A stretch of 64,000 bases of DNA, from contig CAZMXG010000016.1 of assembly GCA_964570175.1 (NCBI GenBank), forward strand, positions 9,746 to 73,745, written 5' to 3'. The first letter of the stretch is position 1, and every line of letters begins with the position of its first letter. Of the stretch, positions 58,257 through 64,000 are shown in pieces. Position numbers and translations under genes: made by a program. This DNA comes from an uncultured Heliomicrobium sp. GTDB taxonomy: Bacteria > Acidobacteriota > Blastocatellia > RBC074. The notes beneath the pieces are model-generated. The model was not told the origin of the DNA. It did no database searches and saw only the letters and a list, made by a program, of their open reading frames with translations.

Positions 58257-61200
58257 TTATCCGTTAGTCCGCCAGATGATTTCTTCGCTGGTGCTGTAAA
58301 AAACTCTTTCCAGGTCAAGTGGCCATTGCTGGCGTTTTTCGCGCAACCGATTGAGCGTCTCTTCGTCGCCCATTTCGGCCAACGCTTGCAGCGCCTTTGT
58401 TCGCAGATATGAAGCCTTGGATTTATCACTGACCTTTTTGGTGATGATGTTTTCTTCATTGAGCGCGACTTTTTCAAACTCGCCTTTCCATTTTTTCCAC
58501 TCCGGCGGTAATAAGTAGCTGACAGCCAGAATTGCCCGCCCTTTTTGCAGGATATTGGCCTTGGGCGAACTTAAAACTTCTTCGACAAAAGCGCGCGCGG
58601 TTTCGTTTGAGTGGCGAAGCTGTCCAATCAGATAAATCAATTGTTCGCGGCGCTCGCTGCGCTTATTTGGATCGCTCAGTGTGCCGCTTTCGATGATGGG
58701 CAAAATCGCTTCGTTCATCACGCGTTCCGGATCCAGCGTCGTCAAGGCGTCAGTGATCGCCCAACGAATAACTTCCGACGTTTTGTCACTTTTGAACGCT
58801 GCAATCAGTTTTCCGTGCGCTTCGTCGTATCGCACATCGCCAAGCGCAAATGCCGCCATCGAAGCCATCGCATCACACATCGTGGAAGTCTCTTCGTCAG
58901 TGGCATGGTTCTCTTCTTTCATCCGATCTTCCAGCCATTGAATCTCTTCTGGGCCGCCGCGAACCCACTTCTGGATCAGTTCCTCCAGCGGTTTGCACAA
59001 CTTGCGTAATTCGGCAGTGTATTCTTCTTTCGGATCGGCATTTTCCTTGGTCGGCAATAAACGGCGCAGCGCACGGCCAGCCGCCTGACGAATGCCTCCG
59101 TACTCAAAATCTTGCCTGCCGTTGGAATTCATGCGAGTTTTGCTCATCGCAATCCGGGTCAGATAAGTGAGCACTTCCAGACGTTTCAGCCGCCCCAAAG
59201 CTTCCACCGCGCGCAGCCGCTGAAATGAGCGCGGCTCATTGGTGGCGTCGCAACGCCAAACCAATGCATCCAGCACCAGCGATTCAACATAACTGGCATC
59301 AGCTGGGGACTTGGCATCTTTGCTATTCAATTGCGCTTCCAGCAAACAACGCGCAGCCAGAAAGACCTGTTCGCCATCTTTCAGCGAAGTCGAATAAGCA
59401 ATTTTTTCCAGCAGATCTTTGGGATTACTGACCAGTCCGGCCATTAACGTCAGTGTGTCGTCCCAGCGACGTAGCTGGTTGACACGGCCCAGCCCGGAAG
59501 TAATTTCTTCCCAACGTTTTGGATTGTTTTGAGCTTTCAGATATTGCGCACAGCAATAAGCCTGGAACGATGGGTAAAGAAACCGGATCGAATCGCCGCC
59601 GGCGCGCGCCAGAATTTCCACATCAGTCAGACAGTCCAGCATTTCTTCCAACTGGTATTCGCGGTTCTCGCGAATGCGCGAAATCATATCCAGCGCGTCT
59701 TTGATCGGCATACTCGTATCGCCACCTACCTGCATTCGGTACGCCAGCAGGTAAAGCGTGTCCAGGGCGCGAGCCTGCTGGCCTCGCCGCTGCGTCACGC
59801 TGCGGACTCTTTCTTCGATCAAGTCGCGCAATACGCTGACGCGGCTATCAGGGAAATTGCCTTCCAGGGATTGCTTGATCAACTGCACGAACATCCACGG
59901 CATTCCGGCCAGATCGAAAAGCTGCGTTTCTTCCAGCCGGGCGCGCAAGGTTCGCAGGTTTTGTTCTTCGCGCGATTCGACAGACTCGCCTCGTTCTCTT
60001 CTCGACTTTTCAACTTTATTGGCGCTGTCGAACAGGAAACGAATGATGCGGCGACGGCTGAGCGGTTGAACGTCCAGCACGTGTGTGGCATTGCTGTCAG
60101 CCCAATCCCACAACCCACGCGTTTGAGTCACAAATAGCGGGTATTGGGGATAATCGTTGACCAGATTGTTAATTTCTTTGGTTAAGGCTTTTCGCTGAGC
60201 TTCGGAAAGGTCGTCTCCATTATCGAGATAGAATCGGAATTTATGATTGCCATCATCAAGCAAACCGAGCATTTCTTTTTCGGTCAGCAAGCCGGACCAG
60301 AATTCGCCCATGCATTGCGTGAGCAATGTCAGATACGAGGGGATCACGCTGCCCGCAGGAATATTTTTTTGCAGGTCAACATAGACCGGCAAAATCTGAT
60401 CGCGTGAATTTCCATCCAGCGATTGCTCGGCCGTACACATCACCATCCAGCGCATTGCGGTTGACCGCGCGGTTCCGCGCTGACCGGTAATGGCAATCAG
60501 CAGAGGTTGTTTGCCTTCCCCTTGTCTCAGCAATGCCATCAACTGTGTGTGCAAATCCACCCGGCCCTGTTGCGGCAAAATCTGATTTTCCCAATTGGAT
60601 TTGATTTGATCACCGGCCATCACTACGGCTTCCAGAGGCAAATAGCCGTATTTGAAGACCGGCCGGAACCGCGGTTCTTCTAAAATCGTCCGCAACATTT
60701 CCCGCTCGCGGTTGGCGGTGAATAACCGTCCGCGCGGCGTTCGCATAAACAGAACGGGAATCGTCCAACTGTCCAGCAAAGCTTCCTGATCAAAGGTGAA
60801 CAGGCGCGAACGATTCAACGCCAGATCAATCACACCTTCACGCAGCAGATTGTCGTAAAAGTTTTCGACCAGTTCGCGCGCCATAGCAATCGGCACCTGA
60901 TCCTGCATCGCCACAACCGCCGGAAAGCCGGCGGCGACCAGCTTTGGCCCGAGTCCCGTAAACGGACTTGGATTGCGTTCGTCGTATTTTGTCGTGTCAC
61001 AAGCCGACAGGAAAACCAATCGCGGCAGCGTTCCGCGGTGAACCAGATAACTGACGATCTGGTCGTCTGGAACTTTGACAAATTTGCCTTGTTCATCTTC
61101 CAGCACCAACAGCGTGGCCCGGCGCGCGCGTTGGCGAGGCGGTGGCGCAGTTTCGCCATTGTCGGTGGCTGGCGGCGGCACGCGCTCGAAAACACCGTGT

Positions 61201-61994
61201 CCCAGAAAATGGAGCACGTGATGATTGAACTGTTTTTGAATCTGGCTGATGGTTGTGTTGCCCGGGATCATACGAAACTTCGGCGGCTTCAGCTTGGCCT
61301 TCAATTCTTCGCTCAGTTCAGTGCGGCCGGACATAATGGATATTTCAATATCACCTATGTCTTTGACGGCTTCATAAAAGTTGTTGATCTCTTGCTCGAC
61401 TTTGATTTCGGCCAGCTTCGGCGCTTCAGGATCGTCGTTCAAATCGGCCAAATTGCTGGGGTTTGAAACTGCCAGCAAGACTTTCAACGGACGTTCGTCC
61501 GCAGCCAAGGGGGGTTCAGCGATTGGCAGGCGCGTAAACCGTGAAAATGGCGTTTGATCGAAATTTGCCAGCGACCGCCATTTGTCATCAAACAGCACAT
61601 AGAGCCGTTCCCACCGAATGCGGTGAAGCTCACTGCATTCTTCCGAAATCCATAACTGGACGCGAAGCTCTTTCTGCTGACAGGTTTGTGTTCTTCCCCA
61701 GGCTTTTTGGAAAACATTATGCAGGCTTTGTTCCGCTGGGCTGCCGTCTGCATTTGCTGGTTTCAGGAATAACAATTGATATAGATATTCGCCGTAACTT
61801 TGCGTGCCCAAATCGCGGCGGCGAAGCAGTTCCTGTTCTTCTTCGTCGCCCAGCCTCATCATCTGTTTGTGCCAACTGCCATCATCCAATTCAGCTTCGA
61901 CACGATACAACCCTTCGGCATCCAGGCCGAAGATGCGAATGCGAATCCAGCATAAATCGGTTCCCGATTGTCCACCGCCAGTTTGCCCGTTCAC
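58257..61994 (-). CDS. Giant CHAT-domain (caspase-like) protein with NACHT-like NTPase region and C-terminal HEAT-type repeats
   Basis: CHAT motifs are present: the His in NHHVLHFLGHG, the Cys in RLVFLSACDT, and the following AVVAMQDQVPIAMARELVENFYDNLL. The NTPase-like region has a degenerate P-loop ITGQRGTARST and a NACHT-type Walker B FYLDNGDD. The C-terminal third is HEAT/PBS-lyase-like helical repeats. The start is GTG 61994. It overlaps the upstream stop (GTGA) and an AAGGAGG Shine-Dalgarno lies 7 nt upstream. Confidence 0.75.
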   Translation of the reverse strand: MNGQTGGGQSGTDLCWIRIRIFGLDAEGLYRVEAELDDGSWHKQMMRLGDEEEQELLRRRDLGTQSYGEYLYQLLFLKPANADGSPAEQSLHNVFQKAWGRTQTCQQKELRVQLWISEECSELHRIRWERLYVLFDDKWRSLANFDQTPFSRFTRLPIAEPPLAADERPLKVLLAVSNPSNLADLNDDPEAPKLAEIKVEQEINNFYEAVKDIGDIEISIMSGRTELSEELKAKLKPPKFRMIPGNTTISQIQKQFNHHVLHFLGHGVFERVPPPATDNGETAPPPRQRARRATLLVLEDEQGKFVKVPDDQIVSYLVHRGTLPRLVFLSACDTTKYDERNPSPFTGLGPKLVAAGFPAVVAMQDQVPIAMARELVENFYDNLLREGVIDLALNRSRLFTFDQEALLDSWTIPVLFMRTPRGRLFTANREREMLRTILEEPRFRPVFKYGYLPLEAVVMAGDQIKSNWENQILPQQGRVDLHTQLMALLRQGEGKQPLLIAITGQRGTARSTAMRWMVMCTAEQSLDGNSRDQILPVYVDLQKNIPAGSVIPSYLTLLTQCMGEFWSGLLTEKEMLGLLDDGNHKFRFYLDNGDDLSEAQRKALTKEINNLVNDYPQYPLFVTQTRGLWDWADSNATHVLDVQPLSRRRIIRFLFDSANKVEKSRRERGESVESREEQNLRTLRARLEETQLFDLAGMPWMFVQLIKQSLEGNFPDSRVSVLRDLIEERVRSVTQRRGQQARALDTLYLLAYRMQVGGDTSMPIKDALDMISRIRENREYQLEEMLDCLTDVEILARAGGDSIRFLYPSFQAYCCAQYLKAQNNPKRWEEITSGLGRVNQLRRWDDTLTLMAGLVSNPKDLLEKIAYSTSLKDGEQVFLAARCLLEAQLNSKDAKSPADASYVESLVLDALVWRCDATNEPRSFQRLRAVEALGRLKRLEVLTYLTRIAMSKTRMNSNGRQDFEYGGIRQAAGRALRRLLPTKENADPKEEYTAELRKLCKPLEELIQKWVRGGPEEIQWLEDRMKEENHATDEETSTMCDAMASMAAFALGDVRYDEAHGKLIAAFKSDKTSEVIRWAITDALTTLDPERVMNEAILPIIESGTLSDPNKRSERREQLIYLIGQLRHSNETARAFVEEVLSSPKANILQKGRAILAVSYLLPPEWKKWKGEFEKVALNEENIITKKVSDKSKASYLRTKALQALAEMGDEETLNRLREKRQQWPLDLERVFYSTSEEIIWRTNG

Positions 61995-63487
61995 TGCAAA
62001 TCCTCCTTGCGCAAACGCACCGCCGGATCGCCAAACAGAATGAAGGTTTCGGCATCGTTGCGCGTCAGCCACAAACCAGCCATTTCCGGGTCAGAGGCTT
62101 TGCCTTGATCCATTTTATCCGTCAGCAAGCGTGACATTTCGTTGGCTCGGCTGACAAAACCTGTCAGCGCATGGCCAAGCGGACGCCCACTCAAGATCGT
62201 ATAAAAAGCGTCCTCAAAGGGCTGCAATTGTTTTCCGACTGCGGCAGTAACAATCGAAGTTTGCCAGGCGCGTTCGACGTGGCCGAATACGCCCAAAGCG
62301 CCACCGTTTTTATGGCTTAACATGGCTTGCGGCAATTTCGAGAAAACGGGTTTGTCAGGCACTGCGGGAACTTCATTCTGAAACTTGAAGCGGTTTTCGT
62401 TCGGCGTTCCTGCGCCATAACAGGCAAACAAAAAACAAACCATGCCGAACAGATTTACATCGGCAGTCAGATCGGCTCCGGCCAGATAATGTTCCGGCTT
62501 CAACGGCCCGGCGCTCAAGCCGAAATAATCCTGGGTAAGCAGGGCTCCTTGCGCCGTTTTTTGAAGCGGGTTGTCGTTTTTCCAGGCGACTCCGTGGCTG
62601 GCCGTAAACAACAGCGAAGGTGCAGGAGCATTCTTCTTTCGCTTGAAGACATTCATCAACGCGTCTTTTTTGGAATCGTCTGGAAGAATCAGCTTTTTGT
62701 TGAACTTGATCTTGTCTTTGCGGAAGAGCCGTTCGTAAACCTTTGCCTGGGTTTCATCCGACAGCGGTTTGACCAGCAATTCGGAACTCAGTTTGGTTGC
62801 GCCATCGTTTTTCTGCCTCGGTCCCCATAAAACAATGTCCTTGCTGGTCGGGGCAGGCTTGCCTTTGGCGGTTTCGTAATCAATCACGCTTTTGACGTAG
62901 GCTTTATAATCGTCAACTTTGTCGAAATAGAGTCGCCCGACTGCATATCCGGCAGAAAGCAGATGGCCGAAGCGGAAAGAGATTTTTTCCGGGCTGCCGA
63001 CCAGCAAAATGTAATACGGCATGCAGGTGGGTTCGACGGTGGCGAAATCAGCTTTGTTTTTGATCAGCCATTCCCGCGCGCCCTGGCCGCTGTAATCTTC
63101 AATCCATTTGACGATTTTGGCGGCGTCCTCGGCTTGAAACTCGTCGCGGATCATTTTCAACCGATGGTCGAACAGCGGGCGCAACGCTTTTTTGACTTCC
63201 GGGTCTTCGTCTTTGTGAAAGACAATCGCCCACCCTGTGTCCCAGAAATCCAGAGGGTCAACGCCCTCCGGCAGACCCAAAACTTCCTGGCCGGATTTTG
63301 CCTGGCGGCGTTTGACGGCTTTTTCTTTGGCGGCCTCGTCTTCGGACGGCTTGTAATCGCGCATCGCTTTGGCAATCTCAGTAACCGAAATCGGTTTTAC
63401 AAGGTAATCACCTGTGTCACCGCTGATGCCATTGATTATCACCTGATCGTCAGGTTGTGTCGGTAAACTATTCTTCTTGGCGGGCAT
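61991..63487 (-). CDS. Putative caspase-fold (clan CD-like) protein, first gene of the CHAT operon
   Basis: In the C-terminal half a hydrophobic strand plus SHG (SLLFTASHG) is followed about 55 aa later by a hydrophobic strand plus AC (NLFGMVCFLFACYGAG). This is the His/Cys arrangement of caspase-like folds. I recognise no family for the N-terminal 250 aa. Confidence 0.4.
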   Translation of the reverse strand: MPAKKNSLPTQPDDQVIINGISGDTGDYLVKPISVTEIAKAMRDYKPSEDEAAKEKAVKRRQAKSGQEVLGLPEGVDPLDFWDTGWAIVFHKDEDPEVKKALRPLFDHRLKMIRDEFQAEDAAKIVKWIEDYSGQGAREWLIKNKADFATVEPTCMPYYILLVGSPEKISFRFGHLLSAGYAVGRLYFDKVDDYKAYVKSVIDYETAKGKPAPTSKDIVLWGPRQKNDGATKLSSELLVKPLSDETQAKVYERLFRKDKIKFNKKLILPDDSKKDALMNVFKRKKNAPAPSLLFTASHGVAWKNDNPLQKTAQGALLTQDYFGLSAGPLKPEHYLAGADLTADVNLFGMVCFLFACYGAGTPNENRFKFQNEVPAVPDKPVFSKLPQAMLSHKNGGALGVFGHVERAWQTSIVTAAVGKQLQPFEDAFYTILSGRPLGHALTGFVSRANEMSRLLTDKMDQGKASDPEMAGLWLTRNDAETFILFGDPAVRLRKEDLQ

Positions 63488-63618
63488 TCTTCCTCCGGTT
63501 GAGAAGTGGTTTGTTGCTTAACAGGTTCAAATGACAGATCAATAGGCTGAGCCATTTGTTCTTTTTGCGATAGGGCTAACGACGACACGGAGTATCGCCC
63601 CCGACATTGAACTCCGTC

Positions 63619-63659
63619 AATTGAAGTAAGACAATTTGGAAAATTGTCTTACTTCAATT
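63619..63659. promoter_or_regulatory. 19-bp perfect inverted repeat (aattgaagtaagacaattt gga aaattgtcttacttcaatt) in the divergent promoter region
   Basis: It lies between the operon start at 63487 and the plus-strand gene at 63677. It ends 6 nt before the AAGGAG Shine-Dalgarno. Confidence 0.4.
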
Positions 63660-63676
63660 ACCAAAAGGAGCACTGA

Positions 63677-64000
63677 ATGAATTGTCCGAAATGTGGAACT
63701 CAACTGCCGAATGACGCTCGATTTTGCAGCGTCTGCGGATCGAATATCGGGGCCGCGCAACCCGGCGCTTCTCCCAGCCCAGGCGGTTATGCGCAAGCCG
63801 CCCAAGCAGCAGGAATCCGAATTGATTCCGATGGACGCGGCAGCGGGCGCGGGTACAGCTTTGACATCCAACATGCCGGAGCCTTTGCATTAGCAGTCAT
63901 ACAACTGCAAGCCGGGCAATCCATCCAGGCCGAAGCCGGCGCCATGGTTTCCATGTCCGGCAACATCGAATTGCAATCGCAAATGAAAGGCGGGTTGATG
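63677..64000 (+). CDS. Zinc-ribbon / AIM24 (TIGR00266) family fusion protein (3' partial, runs off window)
   Basis: An AAGGAG Shine-Dalgarno precedes the start. The N-terminal is CPKCGTQLPNDARFCSVCG, a zinc ribbon. It is followed by GYSFDIQHAGAFALAVIQLQAGQSIQAEAGAMVSMSGNIELQSQMKGG, which is an AIM24-like N-terminus. Confidence 0.65.
   Translation, partial: MNCPKCGTQLPNDARFCSVCGSNIGAAQPGASPSPGGYAQAAQAAGIRIDSDGRGSGRGYSFDIQHAGAFALAVIQLQAGQSIQAEAGAMVSMSGNIELQSQMKGGLM

Noticed and set aside
60376-60500. P-loop of the CHAT protein as a canonical Walker A
   Set aside because: The motif is GQRGTARST, with Arg where Lys is expected and Ala where Gly is expected. I therefore describe the NTPase as degenerate and do not assert ATP binding.

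Overview
This 64 kb window is high-GC, densely packed bacterial chromosome. It is most consistent with Acidobacteriota, Solibacter/Bryobacter-like. The evidence is a Solibacter-type C-terminal domain on the 38219-41689 protein, a MacB/FtsX-type permease, a CarboxypepD_reg-type TonB-dependent receptor, and a PVC-type CxxCH/HEAT dehydrogenase-like lipoprotein. I support about 45 protein-coding genes on both strands. I saw no rRNA, tRNA, CRISPR array, transposase or integrase by eye. Housekeeping and degradative content includes shc (squalene-hopene cyclase), aat (L/F-transferase), a GAF-fused alpha-glucan phosphorylase and a MetE-like methyltransferase. Peptidases present are S46, S15/CocE, M61 and a metzincin. 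There are two BNR/Asp-box proteins and a heparinase II/III-like lyase next to a TonB-dependent receptor. Accessory content includes two HEPN/MNT modules, one of which has its HepT interrupted by an in-frame TGA. There is also a DUF433/DUF5615 pair and a Uma2 nuclease; these loci look lower in GC than their neighbours. Two dispersed palindromic repeat families are present. The first is a 26-nt element in six copies. One copy lies inside the shc coding sequence and another supplies the stop codon of a neighbouring gene. The second family is built from GCAGAGG units. The most interesting candidate is a tightly coupled three-gene minus-strand operon at 56902-63487. It encodes a caspase-fold-like protein, a giant CHAT / NACHT-like NTPase / HEAT-repeat protein, and an alpha/beta hydrolase. 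It looks like an uncharacterised conflict system (defence or programmed cell death). Second is a membrane-anchored ClpB-like double-AAA+ protein at 21226-24621 whose C-terminus mimics a release-factor PCRF domain but lacks the GGQ motif. All calls rest on motif recognition by eye without database searches, so family assignments are provisional.
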